From contig JBAXMJ010000003.1 of the NCBI GenBank assembly GCA_037134355.1, forward strand, positions 3,497 through 67,496: a stretch of DNA of 64,000 bases, in the 5' to 3' direction. This document shows, in pieces, positions 1-10,118 of this stretch. This DNA is from a bacterium (GTDB lineage Bacteria > Verrucomicrobiota > Kiritimatiellia > CAIKKV01 > CAITUY01). How positions within the stretch are numbered: the first letter of the stretch is position 1; the number at the start of each line of letters is the position of its first letter. The translations under genes were made by a program, and so were the position numbers. The notes beneath the pieces were generated by a model, which worked only from the letters and a program-made list of their open reading frames with translations, was not told the origin of the DNA and ran no database searches.

Positions 1-170
1 AAGATGGCTTTTCATATTTGCGGTGGTGTTATGCCTTGTTTCCTCCTTGGCTGAGGCTTCGTTGCCCCACCATGCCGTCTCCGACGCTGACCTACGGAAT
101 GTCGTTCAAACCTTGACGCCCACCTCCCCCCGCGCCCCCCACTCGAGTCAATGCCTCACCGCGAAAACCG

Positions 171-1421
171 ATGACGACGGGAAGCTTACCGCCTTCGGCT
201 ACAATGCCGCATTTAGCAGGTGACTTTCAAGTTGCTTCAACTTTCCTTTCGTCTGCTGGCCACGGTATGGTAAACACTCACCCATTCATGAACGGCAGAA
301 CACCCTATCAGTGGCTCACAACCGGAGACAACTTCTTCGCCACCGTGGCGACGGACATCAGCAGGGCCAAGGACTCCATCCGCCTGGAAATGTACATCTA
401 CACGGCGGGCCAGCCTGGCGACTCAATCCGGGATGCCCTGTGCGCCGCCGCCCGGCGTGGCGTCACGGTCAGGATCCTGCTCGACGCCTTCGGCTCCCTG
501 GAATTACCATCTGATTACTGGCGCTCCGTCACGGCCGCAGGGGGAATCGTGCGATTCTTCAATCCGCTCACACTGGGCCGAATCGCCTTCCGGGATCACC
601 GGAAACTTCTGGTTTGTGACGGAACCTCCGCCATCATCAGCGGATTCAACATCTCCCGCCACGAGCTCGGGGATGGCATCACCCGGGGGTGGCGCGATCT
701 CGGCTTGAAGCTGACCAGCCCCCTGGCGGGCGATCTGGCCGAATCGTTTGACCGGATGTTCAGAATGGCGGACTTCAAGCACCGCCGTCTCCGCCGGATT
801 CCCTGGCGGCCCCCGTTCCGCCGCTGCCCACCGAAACAACTCAGCACTTCCCTCCTCACCAGCGGACCCGGCCAGAACGGGAGCGCCATCAAGGCTACCC
901 TGCTTCACGACCTTCAACAGGCCCGCACCATCCGGATCATCTCGGCTTATTTCCTTCCGCCGCGCCCGATCCGCCGTGCTCTGATCCGGGCTGCCCGCAG
1001 GGGTCGGGATGTCACCCTCATCACCGCCGGGAAAACGGATGTCAAATTGGCCCGCTTCGCCGGGCGCGCCCTGTATCACCGGCTGCTTCGGGCGGGAATC
1101 CGGATTGCCGAGTATGACGCGCAGATCCTGCACACCAAGCTGATCCTCGCCGATCATGTGGTCTATATCGGATCCGCCAACCTCGACACCCGCAGCCTGA
1201 ACATCAATTACGAATGCCTTGTCCGCATTGATGACCGGCGACTGGCCGATGAGGCGCACCAGATATTTACTGACCATCTGACCTATTGCCAGACCATCAA
1301 CCGCTCCACCTGGCCCCGGACCCGAACCCTCTGGGAGAAATTCATGGAGCGCGTCTCCCATTTCATCCTCGCCCGAGTCGATATCCTATTTGCCCGTCGC
1401 CAACTCGGGAAACTCCGATAA
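171..1421 (+). CDS. Phospholipase D / cardiolipin synthase family protein (two HKD motifs)
   Basis: Two HxKxxxxD motifs are present, HRKLLVCDG and HTKLILADHVVYIGSANLD(TRS). There are no N-terminal TM helices, which is ClsB-like. An alternative start is the ATG at 267. Confidence 0.75.
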   Translation: MTTGSLPPSATMPHLAGDFQVASTFLSSAGHGMVNTHPFMNGRTPYQWLTTGDNFFATVATDISRAKDSIRLEMYIYTAGQPGDSIRDALCAAARRGVTVRILLDAFGSLELPSDYWRSVTAAGGIVRFFNPLTLGRIAFRDHRKLLVCDGTSAIISGFNISRHELGDGITRGWRDLGLKLTSPLAGDLAESFDRMFRMADFKHRRLRRIPWRPPFRRCPPKQLSTSLLTSGPGQNGSAIKATLLHDLQQARTIRIISAYFLPPRPIRRALIRAARRGRDVTLITAGKTDVKLARFAGRALYHRLLRAGIRIAEYDAQILHTKLILADHVVYIGSANLDTRSLNINYECLVRIDDRRLADEAHQIFTDHLTYCQTINRSTWPRTRTLWEKFMERVSHFILARVDILFARRQLGKLR

Positions 1422-1490
1422 ACGACTGCGCGAATAGTGTCGAAAAATCCCACCTTCTGCTATAGTCCCCGTTTTGAAAAGGAAACGACT

Positions 1491-2627
1491 ATGACTTTTA
1501 CCGAATTGGGAATTCTGCCGGCGCTGGTGGACGCCTTGGCCAAAGAGAACATTACCGAGCCCATGCCCATCCAGAGTGCGGCATTGCCAGACTTGCTCGC
1601 CGGCAAAAATGCCTATCTAAATTCCGAGACCGGTACCGGTAAAACATTAGCCTACCTTCTTCCCCTCTTCTGCCGGATCGACCCCGCCGTTTCCGAACTT
1701 CAGGCCATGATCCTCGCGCCTACCCATGAACTCGCCATCCAGATCCAGCGCGTTGCCGGCACCCTCGTCCAGAATTCAGGCCTTCCCATCCGCACCGTCC
1801 TCCTCATCGGTGGCACCGCTATTCCCCGTCAACTGGAGAAGTTGAAAAAGAAACCACATCTGGTCATCGGCTCACCCGGCCGGGTGCGGGATCTGATCAT
1901 CATGAAAAAACTTAAATCTCAGGCCGTACGGAGCGTGGTGGTTGACGAGGCCGACCGGTTGCTGTCCGACGACTCGCTGGTATCCGTCCGAAACATCCTC
2001 TATTCCACGCCCCGGACTCGCCAGGTGATTTTTGTTTCCGCCACCGAGCACACCACGGCAACGGCGGCAGCCAACACCCTGACCGAGGACCTCGTCATGA
2101 TCCGGGCCGGGGCCGCGCCCGTGAACCCCAATATCGAGCATCACTACCTTGTGTGCGAGGAGCGGGATAAACCGGAGTTGCTGCGTAAGCTGATTCACGC
2201 GCTGAATCCGGCCCGGGCCATCGTCTTTGTCCACCGGAACGAAAAAGCCGAACTGATTGCAGGCAAACTGTCCTTTCATAAACTGCCCGCCTCCGACCTC
2301 CACGGCGCCTATGACAAGAGCGAACGGAAAAAGGCCATGGACGATTTCCGGAAGGGCGACACCCGGATTCTGATCGCCTCGGACATCGCCGCCCGGGGCC
2401 TGGACATCGCGGACGTCACCCACATCTTCAACGTGGATGTCCCCACCGAAAGCAAAGCCTACCTCCACCGCGTGGGCCGTACCGCCCGCGCCGGCGCCAG
2501 GGGGCACGCTATTTCTCTGATGACAGAAGCGGAACTGCGCCTGGTGAAACGCTACGAAACCGAACTCGGCATCACACTGTCCCAAGTCATCCTGCGAGAG
2601 GGCGAAGTGCTGGTAGTGGAAACATAA
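1491..2627 (+). CDS. DEAD-box ATP-dependent RNA helicase
   Basis: Q-motif region, Walker A ETGTGKT, DEAD (VVDEADRLL), SAT and HRVGRTARAG motifs. Start chosen at the internal Met preceded by an AAGGAAAC RBS; the ORF itself extends up to 1437. Confidence 0.85.
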   Translation: MTFTELGILPALVDALAKENITEPMPIQSAALPDLLAGKNAYLNSETGTGKTLAYLLPLFCRIDPAVSELQAMILAPTHELAIQIQRVAGTLVQNSGLPIRTVLLIGGTAIPRQLEKLKKKPHLVIGSPGRVRDLIIMKKLKSQAVRSVVVDEADRLLSDDSLVSVRNILYSTPRTRQVIFVSATEHTTATAAANTLTEDLVMIRAGAAPVNPNIEHHYLVCEERDKPELLRKLIHALNPARAIVFVHRNEKAELIAGKLSFHKLPASDLHGAYDKSERKKAMDDFRKGDTRILIASDIAARGLDIADVTHIFNVDVPTESKAYLHRVGRTARAGARGHAISLMTEAELRLVKRYETELGITLSQVILREGEVLVVET

Positions 2628-2635
2628 TGTCCTTG

Positions 2636-2695
2636 TAGGGTAGGGACGGCTCTCCGAGCCGTCCGCGGAGGCCTCGGAGAGGCCTCCCTACCCTG
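2636..2695. terminator. Structured palindromic element or terminator between the helicase and cydA
   Basis: A 10-bp outer stem AGGGTAGGGA / TCCCTACCCT encloses two internal perfect hairpins, CGGCTC-TCC-GAGCCG and GGAGGCCTC-GGA-GAGGCCTCC. It lies directly after the helicase stop codon. Confidence 0.45.
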
Positions 2696-2732
2696 ATTAT
2701 TATGAGAGGTTTATTAAGATAAGGAGAATACC

Positions 2733-4082
2733 ATGGATGTTGTCAGCTTAAGTCGTTTGCAATTCGCCCTGACTTGTGCCTTTCATTTTATTTTCGTGCC
2801 GCTGACGCTGGGGTTATCGGTCCTGGTGGCGACCATGGAAGTCAAGTACGGGCGCACGGGCAATGAACTCTACCTCAGGATGACCAAGTTCTGGGGCAAG
2901 CTGTTTCTCATCAATTTTGCCCTGGGTGTTGTCACCGGTATCACGATGGAATTCCAGTTCGGCATGAACTGGGCGGAATATTCCCGCTATGTAGGCGATA
3001 TCTTCGGGGCTCCGCTGGCCATTGAAGCGACGACCTCTTTCTTCCTCGAATCGGTTTTCATCGGCGTCTGGGTTTTCGGCTGGAACAAGATCTCCCGGAA
3101 AGCCCATGCCGTGTCCATCTGTCTGGTGGCTTTTGCGACCAATCTGTCTGGACTCTGGATCCTGCTTGCCAATGGCTGGATGCAGCACCCCGTCGGCTAT
3201 GTGCTTCGGAACGGACGCGCAGAAATGGTGGACTTTCTGGCTGTGACCTTCAACCCGAACGGCTGGCTCAAGTTTGCGCACCAGATCAGTTCAGCCTATG
3301 TCGTGGCCGCCTTCTTTGTACTCGGCATCTCCGCCTGGCACCTGCTCCGCAAGAATGAAACCACCTTCTTCAAGACCTCCTTTAAGATGGCGGCCCTCTT
3401 CGGCCTGGTTTCCGTGGTCCTGTCCGGACTTACGGGCGATATCCATGCCGTGGAGGTTGGGAAAACTCAGCCCGCCAAACTCGCCGCCATGGAAGCGCTT
3501 TGGGACACCCAGAATACTGTCGGGATCAGCCTCCTTCAGCTCCCGGACACCGACAACGAGCGGAATTATTTCGAGTATATCAAAGTACCCGGCCTTCTGA
3601 GCATTCTGGCCACCCACTCCCTGAATGGTGAAATCAAGGGACTGAAAGACTTCCCCAAGGACGAGCGCCCGCCCGTGATGCCGGTTTTTCTCAGCTTCAG
3701 GCTCATGATCGGCCTCGGCATGCTTTTCTCGCTTCTGGCTTTTCTGGCTGTGGTTCTATCCCGTTACGACCTCCTGGAGCGATATCCTCTCTTTCTTAAA
3801 CTACTGGTGTTCACCATCCCCCTGCCCTACCTGGCCAACCAGTTCGGCTGGATCGTGGCGGAAATGGGACGCCAACCCTGGATCGTGTACGGTATCATGA
3901 AGACCTCAGACGGCATTTCAAAGTCCATCACCCTCGGACAGGTCGTCGGCTCGCTGATTGGATTCGTCCTGCTCTACGGCCTGTTGGGCGCCATCGATAT
4001 CTATCTCCTGATGAAATTTGCCCGCAAGGGGCCGGACAGCGACGTGTCCAGTCTGATTAACACAGCGAAACGGAAGGTGTGA
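2733..4082 (+). CDS. cydA: Cytochrome bd ubiquinol oxidase subunit I
   Basis: Canonical CydA N-terminus (MDVVSLSRLQFALTCAFHFIFVPLTLG), the Q-loop region, and the GWIVAEMGRQPW motif. A strong AAGGAGA RBS precedes the start. Confidence 0.9.
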   Translation: MDVVSLSRLQFALTCAFHFIFVPLTLGLSVLVATMEVKYGRTGNELYLRMTKFWGKLFLINFALGVVTGITMEFQFGMNWAEYSRYVGDIFGAPLAIEATTSFFLESVFIGVWVFGWNKISRKAHAVSICLVAFATNLSGLWILLANGWMQHPVGYVLRNGRAEMVDFLAVTFNPNGWLKFAHQISSAYVVAAFFVLGISAWHLLRKNETTFFKTSFKMAALFGLVSVVLSGLTGDIHAVEVGKTQPAKLAAMEALWDTQNTVGISLLQLPDTDNERNYFEYIKVPGLLSILATHSLNGEIKGLKDFPKDERPPVMPVFLSFRLMIGLGMLFSLLAFLAVVLSRYDLLERYPLFLKLLVFTIPLPYLANQFGWIVAEMGRQPWIVYGIMKTSDGISKSITLGQVVGSLIGFVLLYGLLGAIDIYLLMKFARKGPDSDVSSLINTAKRKV

Positions 4083-4083
4083 C

Positions 4084-5112
4084 ATGGAATTTCAAGTCAT
4101 CTGGTTTGTGCTCTGGAGCGTCTTGTGGGCGGTGTATTTCGCACTCGACGGATTTGTCCTTGGCAGCGGCATGCTTCAGAACTTCGTGGCCCGATCCGAT
4201 ATCGAACGGCGCGTGGTGATCAACACCCTGGGTCCGGTCTGGGATGGCAACGAGGTGTGGCTGATCACGGCGGGGGGGGTCACATTTGCCGCCTTCCCCA
4301 CCACCTACGCCCTGATGTTCAGTTATCTCTACACCCCCCTGCTTCTCCTGCTTTTCTCCCTGATTGTGCGGGGAGTAGCTTTCGAATTCCGGGGCAAGGT
4401 GGATGATCCGCGCTGGAAAAATATCTGGGACCGTGCCTTGCTGGTCAGCAGTTTCCTGCCCGCGCTCCTGTTCGGCGTCACCTTCGGGAATATATTCAAG
4501 GGACTTCCCATGGATGCCGCCGGCTACCACGGTTCACTCGTGTCCGTATTGAATCCCTATGGCCTGGTGACCGGGCTCCTGTTCGTGCTGCTGTTTGTGG
4601 TGCATGGCGGCTTGTATCTTTCGGTCAAAACTACCGGGGCCGTTAAGACCCGCAGCGTGTCGGCAGCCTCGGCGGCCTGGATTCCCCTGCTGATTGTGGC
4701 CGTGGTGTTCCTGGCCTACACCTATCCGGCCACACACCTGTACGACAATTTCCTGGCGCATCCCGGACTTCTGGCGGTTCCACTGCTTGCCGTGCTTTCG
4801 CTCCTGGGAATCAAGGTGTTTCTGGTCAAGGGGAAACTCCTCCCTGCCTTCACGGCATCGTCCCTGACCATCCTTCTGGTGGTGGCAACAGGCGTGGTCG
4901 GGTTGTTCCCGAACCTGATCCCCTCGAGTCTGGACCCCCTCTACAGCCTCACCGCATTTAACTCGTCATCCAGTCCGTACACCCTGAAGGTGATGACCGG
5001 TGTAGCCGTCATTTTCCTGCCGATCATCATCGCCTATAAAATCTGGGTCTATCGGGTCTTCCGGGCACCGGTCACGAATCAGGATGTGCTGGACAACAAG
5101 CAGGCGTACTGA
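4084..5112 (+). CDS. cydB: Cytochrome bd ubiquinol oxidase subunit II
   Basis: Immediately downstream of cydA and spaced as if translationally coupled. Polytopic membrane protein with a CydB-like N-terminus (WFVLWSVLWAVYFALDGFVLG). Confidence 0.88.
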   Translation: MEFQVIWFVLWSVLWAVYFALDGFVLGSGMLQNFVARSDIERRVVINTLGPVWDGNEVWLITAGGVTFAAFPTTYALMFSYLYTPLLLLLFSLIVRGVAFEFRGKVDDPRWKNIWDRALLVSSFLPALLFGVTFGNIFKGLPMDAAGYHGSLVSVLNPYGLVTGLLFVLLFVVHGGLYLSVKTTGAVKTRSVSAASAAWIPLLIVAVVFLAYTYPATHLYDNFLAHPGLLAVPLLAVLSLLGIKVFLVKGKLLPAFTASSLTILLVVATGVVGLFPNLIPSSLDPLYSLTAFNSSSSPYTLKVMTGVAVIFLPIIIAYKIWVYRVFRAPVTNQDVLDNKQAY

Positions 5113-6666
5113 TTACGCCTTGTCCAGGCAATCCCGGACAATTTGAATCAGCTTTGTGGAAGCGAAAGGCTTTTGCAGAAAGCACATATCTTGCGTAAAG
5201 GTCACGCCACGACTGGCCACGGCGCCGGGATAGCCGCTCATAAACACAACCTTCAACCCCGGTTTCTCACTCAGCAATTGTTCGGCCAATTTCCCGCCTG
5301 AGACCCCTCCGGGCATGATGACGTCGGTCAACAGAAGATCAATCGCGCCGCCCTGAATGCGCCACAGCTCGGCCGCCACCACCCCATTGGGTGCTTCAAA
5401 CACACGGTACCCGTACTGCTCCAGAAGCCGTACCGCCAGGGTACGCAGAGAGGGATCGTCTTCCACCACCAGAATGGTTTCGCCCCCTCCGCGCAATTCC
5501 ACAGGGGCTGGTACGGCGGCCTTAGGCGCCTTCACCTGAGTCAGTTTCGGCAGGTAAACATGACAGATTGTTCCCTTCCCCTGCTGGCTTTCAATCTCAA
5601 CCCAGCCATGGTGCTGCTCCACAATCCCATGCACGGTGGCAAGCCCCAGGCCTGTTCCCCGGCCCACGGCCTTGGTGGTGTAGAACGGCTCAAAGAGATG
5701 CGGCAGGTGTTCAGGCGCAATTCCGCACCCTGTATCCCTCACAGTCAGGCAAACAAAATCGCCAGCCGTAACGGCATGGGCGGCGGCACTGGCCGCGTCG
5801 ACGGCAAGAGAGTCCAACTCCAAGTCAAGACGGCCTCCTTCGGGCATGGCATCACGTGAATTGATGGCCAAATTCAGCAGAATCTGCTCGATCATGCTCC
5901 GATCCGCCCACACGTGGGCCTCCCCGGGAATCGGGCGCGAGTTCAACACAATATCCTCACCAATGAGCCGATGGAGCATCTTGGTGATACCGACCACCAC
6001 CTCGTTAAGATCCAAGGCGCCCATTTGTAGGACCTGTGTATGACTGAAGGCGAGCAACTGGCGCGTGAGATTACTCCCGCGCTCTGCCGCCAGAGCAATA
6101 TCATTCACCTCGTCAGCCTGCGTCGGGGTAAGATCCTTACGCGCGCTCAACTCGGCGGCATTCATCACAATGATGGACAGCAGGTTATTGAAATCGTGGG
6201 CCACGCCCCCCGCCAACCGACCCACGGCCTCCATCTTCTGGGCCTGAAATAATTGCTGCTCGAGCTGCTTGCGATCCCTCAACAGGATCCACTCCCGGAT
6301 CGCGCTTTCCACGATCCGGGGCAGCATGGAAAACGCCTCAGGCGACTTGACCAGATAATCCAGCGCGCCCGCCTTCATCACCTCCACCACAATTTGCTGG
6401 TTCCCAAACGAGGTCATGACCAGAATAGGGAAAGCCCCTTCTTCCGGCGGATGCGTCAGAACCTCCACGGCACGGCCGTCGGGTAGATTCAAATCCATCA
6501 GCACGAGGTCTGGTGTGGCAACCTCAATAGACCTGCGGTATTCCCGCAAGGTTGAAACCGCCTGAATCTCAACCCCGCCGCCTGCCGCCTCAAAAGCGCG
6601 ACGAATGGCCTCAATATGGGCCTCCTCATCATCCACAACCAGCAGGTGTAGGCAGCGTTGGGTCAT
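5113..6666 (-). CDS. Hybrid sensor histidine kinase (REC-HisKA-HATPase-REC), cytoplasmic
   Basis: N-terminal receiver ([10 protein letters not shown]...DLNLPDG), an H-box (FNNLLSII), an HATPase_c domain (GTGLGLATV), and a C-terminal receiver (ILVVEDD...TDVIMPG). There are no TM segments. Confidence 0.85.
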   Translation of the reverse strand: MTQRCLHLLVVDDEEAHIEAIRRAFEAAGGGVEIQAVSTLREYRRSIEVATPDLVLMDLNLPDGRAVEVLTHPPEEGAFPILVMTSFGNQQIVVEVMKAGALDYLVKSPEAFSMLPRIVESAIREWILLRDRKQLEQQLFQAQKMEAVGRLAGGVAHDFNNLLSIIVMNAAELSARKDLTPTQADEVNDIALAAERGSNLTRQLLAFSHTQVLQMGALDLNEVVVGITKMLHRLIGEDIVLNSRPIPGEAHVWADRSMIEQILLNLAINSRDAMPEGGRLDLELDSLAVDAASAAAHAVTAGDFVCLTVRDTGCGIAPEHLPHLFEPFYTTKAVGRGTGLGLATVHGIVEQHHGWVEIESQQGKGTICHVYLPKLTQVKAPKAAVPAPVELRGGGETILVVEDDPSLRTLAVRLLEQYGYRVFEAPNGVVAAELWRIQGGAIDLLLTDVIMPGGVSGGKLAEQLLSEKPGLKVVFMSGYPGAVASRGVTFTQDMCFLQKPFASTKLIQIVRDCLDKA

Positions 6667-6677
6667 AGGGCGTCCGG

Positions 6678-7124
6678 TTAATGCGGATATTGATTCCAGG
6701 CGAGCCAGTAATACCCGAAGGTTTCCATGAGTTCAGTGAACTGCGCGAAGTCCACCGGCTTAACCAGGTAACTGTTGGCGTGATTATCGTAGGCCTTGAC
6801 CATGTCCGCCTCCGCTTTGGACGTGGTCAGGATCACCACGGGGATGCTGCCCAGCGCGGGATCGCCCTTGATGAGTTTCAGCACTTCCAACCCATCCACC
6901 TTCGGCAGGCGCAAGTCGAGCAGAACAATACCCGGTCGCGGCGAGGCTTCGGGATTGCTGAATTCATTCCGGCGATACAGATAATCCAAGGCCGCCTGGC
7001 CGTCGGCGACATGAATCAGGCGGTTGGCGAGATGACTGGCCGCAAAATTCCGTCGGGCAATTTCCGCATGGGCCTCATCATCTTCCACCAGCAGAATGAC
7101 GATCGGTTCACCTTTCATAATCAT
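6678..7124 (-). CDS. Single-domain response regulator (CheY-like receiver)
   Basis: ILLVEDDEAH, LLDLRLPKVDG and a conserved Lys region. 148 aa with no output domain. Confidence 0.85.
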   Translation of the reverse strand: MIMKGEPIVILLVEDDEAHAEIARRNFAASHLANRLIHVADGQAALDYLYRRNEFSNPEASPRPGIVLLDLRLPKVDGLEVLKLIKGDPALGSIPVVILTTSKAEADMVKAYDNHANSYLVKPVDFAQFTELMETFGYYWLAWNQYPH

Positions 7125-8902
7125 GCTCCCTTATTAATGCTTTCAATCGCTGCGGGCAACGTGAAATAAAAACACGCGCCCTGCCCCAACCCCTTCGATT
7201 CCACCCATATCCGGCCATCATATAACTCCACGATCCGCTTGACGAGGGCCAACCCCATGCCACTTCCCTCGGCCCTTGGATCGAGCTTCTCAAACAGACC
7301 AAACACCTTCTCATGGTAACGCGGATCAATGCCACCGCCGTTGTCGCGCACAAAGAATACGGTTTCCGCACCCCGTCTCTCCACACCAATCTCAATGCGC
7401 GGCTCTTTCTGGTCTTCCATGAATTTGACGGCATTATCGATCAGGTTCTGAAAGAGCTCCGCAAGCCGGACCCGGTCCCCGAACACTATCACCTCAGGAT
7501 CATTCACCGTCAGCGCCACTCCTTGTGAGGCAAGACGGCCCGCCACGGCGCCTAGGGCATCATCTACCAGCCCCTGCAAGGTGACGCGCACCGGCAGGAC
7601 GATGACGCGTCCGACGCGCGAAATATCCAGGAGATCATCAAGAAGCCGGGCCATCGTGTCCGTGGCGGAGCGGATGAACTGAATGTCTTTCTCGATCCGC
7701 CCAGTGTCACCCGAAGCAATGTCCTTCCCCAGATAGCCCAAAAAGGTTCTGACGGTCACAACCGGACTCTTCAGGTCATGGGAGGCCGTATAAAGGAATC
7801 GTTCCAGTTCGGCATTCTTCTCCTGAAGCTCCTTCGCACTTTGCGCAAGCTCCGTCGACAACTTCGCCCGCTCCCGGTAGAACCGCACCCGCTGCTGCCG
7901 CCAGATCAAGCCCACACAGGCTCCCGCGCTGAACAATAAAACCGTCATTATACCAATCACGAGCCAGCGCCGTTCTTGAACCGCCGCATACACTTCCGTA
8001 GTGTTGACTCGGGCAACCAGCGACCACGGCGAATCCGGAATGGTGCGCAGGGCCGCCACCACCGGAACGCCCCGGTAATCAACGCCCTCCATGATTCCCT
8101 CTCGACCCAGAGCGGCCTGAGCTCCGGGTAATGTGACACGATCCAAAGGCATGCGCAGATTCAATGCGGTATTCGTCGCAAACCGGAGTTCGTTCAGGAA
8201 AACAGCCTCGTTGCCATCCCGACGAACCAGCAGGGTCTCGGCCGTCAAACTGGGGGTCGGCCACCGCTTAATGAAGGGATACAGGTAGGTTTCCGGATTA
8301 ATCCGGAAAACCAGCGCACCCAGCAGTCGATTGGAGCCTAGTCCCTGCAAAATGGGAATAAGAATAGCCAGATAGACGCCGTGATCGGTTTCGTCCCGAT
8401 AGAAGTCCTGAAACGTCACCTGATCCGACTGAAGAACCTCAGGAAGGCGCCGCGAAATGACAGAGGTCAGGTTCGTCAGGTTCGCGGGAATTGTCATCCG
8501 CAGGATCCCGCGCGCGTCCAAAAGGACAATCTGGTCGTACTGAAACGCGGTCTGGTATTTTCCGAGCCACTCCCTGAGTTGTTCCGAAGCTTCCGGCGCT
8601 TCCGGATTCTCAAAGTAACGCCGCACCAAGGACGAGAAGGCCGCGTTATTCAAGAGGATGGCGGCGTCTCCCCAGCGTTCGGTGCGCCACTGCGTCAATT
8701 CACCGACCTTAAGCTCGGCAATCGCCGAAAGCTGTTTCTCGTATTCCCTGCGATAATTCGCCTTGAAAGACTGATAGTAGAGATAGCTCAGCGTGATGAT
8801 GCCCGCCGCCAGAAGAACAAAAATTAGAAGGAGCGCATACGAGGTGACATGAACAGTGCCGGGTTGTGTTTCTTGCGCCTCATCATGAAGAAGGCTGTTC
8901 AT
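7121..8902 (-). CDS. Membrane sensor histidine kinase with a periplasmic sensing domain
   Basis: Two TM helices flank a ~280-aa periplasmic domain. A coiled-coil is followed by an H-box (FLYTASHDLKSPVVTV) and HATPase_c (RDNGGGID...GSGMGLALV). Confidence 0.85.
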   Translation of the reverse strand: MNSLLHDEAQETQPGTVHVTSYALLLIFVLLAAGIITLSYLYYQSFKANYRREYEKQLSAIAELKVGELTQWRTERWGDAAILLNNAAFSSLVRRYFENPEAPEASEQLREWLGKYQTAFQYDQIVLLDARGILRMTIPANLTNLTSVISRRLPEVLQSDQVTFQDFYRDETDHGVYLAILIPILQGLGSNRLLGALVFRINPETYLYPFIKRWPTPSLTAETLLVRRDGNEAVFLNELRFATNTALNLRMPLDRVTLPGAQAALGREGIMEGVDYRGVPVVAALRTIPDSPWSLVARVNTTEVYAAVQERRWLVIGIMTVLLFSAGACVGLIWRQQRVRFYRERAKLSTELAQSAKELQEKNAELERFLYTASHDLKSPVVTVRTFLGYLGKDIASGDTGRIEKDIQFIRSATDTMARLLDDLLDISRVGRVIVLPVRVTLQGLVDDALGAVAGRLASQGVALTVNDPEVIVFGDRVRLAELFQNLIDNAVKFMEDQKEPRIEIGVERRGAETVFFVRDNGGGIDPRYHEKVFGLFEKLDPRAEGSGMGLALVKRIVELYDGRIWVESKGLGQGACFYFTLPAAIESINKGA

Positions 8903-10050
8903 GGCACCACCGTGCTAGAAGGCGGCGTGGAGGTCAAGCCCTCGTACTTCCGCTCCATGACTTCAAGACACCGTTTCATGTCGAAATTCTTGATCCGGGA
9001 AAGGGCGCCCAGTCGCAGGCGGCGGGCCTGATACGGATCAGCCAGCACCTTGAGTGTCAGGCGGGCCAGCGCCGCAATATCGCCGGGCTCAAACAACAGG
9101 GCATCCTCCCCATCCCGCAGAATTTCGCCCTGCCCATCGGCCGTGGACGCAACACAAACATTCCCCACCGCCATACCCTCGAAAAGAGTGCTGGGGGTGC
9201 CTTCCTGATGGCTTGGGAATAGCTGGACGTCCAGGCACTGGATCACCTTGACCACATCGGAGCGATACCCCAGAAAGGTAATCCGGTCCGTCAGGGCGTT
9301 GTCCTTGACCCACTGCAGCAACGTCTCCTCGTACCGGCCATTGCCCAGAACCCAGAGAAAGACATCGGACCGCTCTTTCAGGATTAACTGAAGTGCCTTG
9401 AAGGCGTCGAGGTGACCCTTGTGGCTTTCCAGTCGCCCGACCACACCCAGGATCTTGTCATCAGGCTTACGTCCCTGTTCCCGCCGGAACGACTGAACCC
9501 AACCGGGCTCAGCCTGGCGAATCTGGTCGAGGGGGATCCCGCTGTATATCGTCTCCACCTTGTCGGCAGGGATATAGCGTTTCTCGATGGTGAACTGGCG
9601 AGTGGACTCGGAAACGGCGTAGGCATGGCGGGTGAAATGGCCCAGCACCCATTCCACCGGACGCTGGAAAACGGGGACAGTCCCGTAATTGCAATGCTCG
9701 TGCACAATCACCGGCTTGCGGAGCAGGATGCCGGCGATCCGACCCCAGGTGCAGGCGCCGTACCCGTGGGCATGCAGCACATCCACCTTCTCACGCCGCA
9801 TCAGCGCAATGAGCTTGAACAGATTGCGGGGATCCATCTTGCCATAGCCGAGATAGAGCGGCGCGATGCCCGCCGCCTTCAACCGCTGGTCAGCCAATTC
9901 ACTGGGCCCCTTGCGACTGCACAGCAGAACCCGGAACCGGCTTTTGTCGAAGGCGGGGATCCACAGCTCAAACAGGCGCGACACCCCGTGAAAGGAGACC
10001 TGCTTGTCGCCAAAGTGTTCACACAGATGAAGAATGGTGATTTTGTTCAT
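8899..10050 (-). CDS. Glycosyltransferase family 4 (GT-B, group 1)
   Basis: EX7E motif (HQEGTPSTLFEGMAVG) and a GT4-like Rossmann region (VGRLESHKG). Overlaps the start of the downstream HK by 4 bp. Confidence 0.8.
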   Translation of the reverse strand: MNKITILHLCEHFGDKQVSFHGVSRLFELWIPAFDKSRFRVLLCSRKGPSELADQRLKAAGIAPLYLGYGKMDPRNLFKLIALMRREKVDVLHAHGYGACTWGRIAGILLRKPVIVHEHCNYGTVPVFQRPVEWVLGHFTRHAYAVSESTRQFTIEKRYIPADKVETIYSGIPLDQIRQAEPGWVQSFRREQGRKPDDKILGVVGRLESHKGHLDAFKALQLILKERSDVFLWVLGNGRYEETLLQWVKDNALTDRITFLGYRSDVVKVIQCLDVQLFPSHQEGTPSTLFEGMAVGNVCVASTADGQGEILRDGEDALLFEPGDIAALARLTLKVLADPYQARRLRLGALSRIKNFDMKRCLEVMERKYEGLTSTPPSSTVVP

Positions 10051-10118
10051 TTCTCTTGTTGCCGTAATCCAGAATCGCTATCGTCAAACATTCACGGAAA
10101 TCAAATGGGCTTATACCA

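Noticed and set aside
504-1361. Long antisense ORFs opposite well-supported genes. Examples are 504-1361, 1872-2585, 9412-10122, 10101-10871, 16771-17742, 21513-22550, 23931-25322, 38873-39541 and 52977-53729.
   Set aside because: High GC content suppresses stop codons on the opposite strand. These ORFs have no recognisable motifs and each fully overlaps a gene with strong domain evidence on the other strand.
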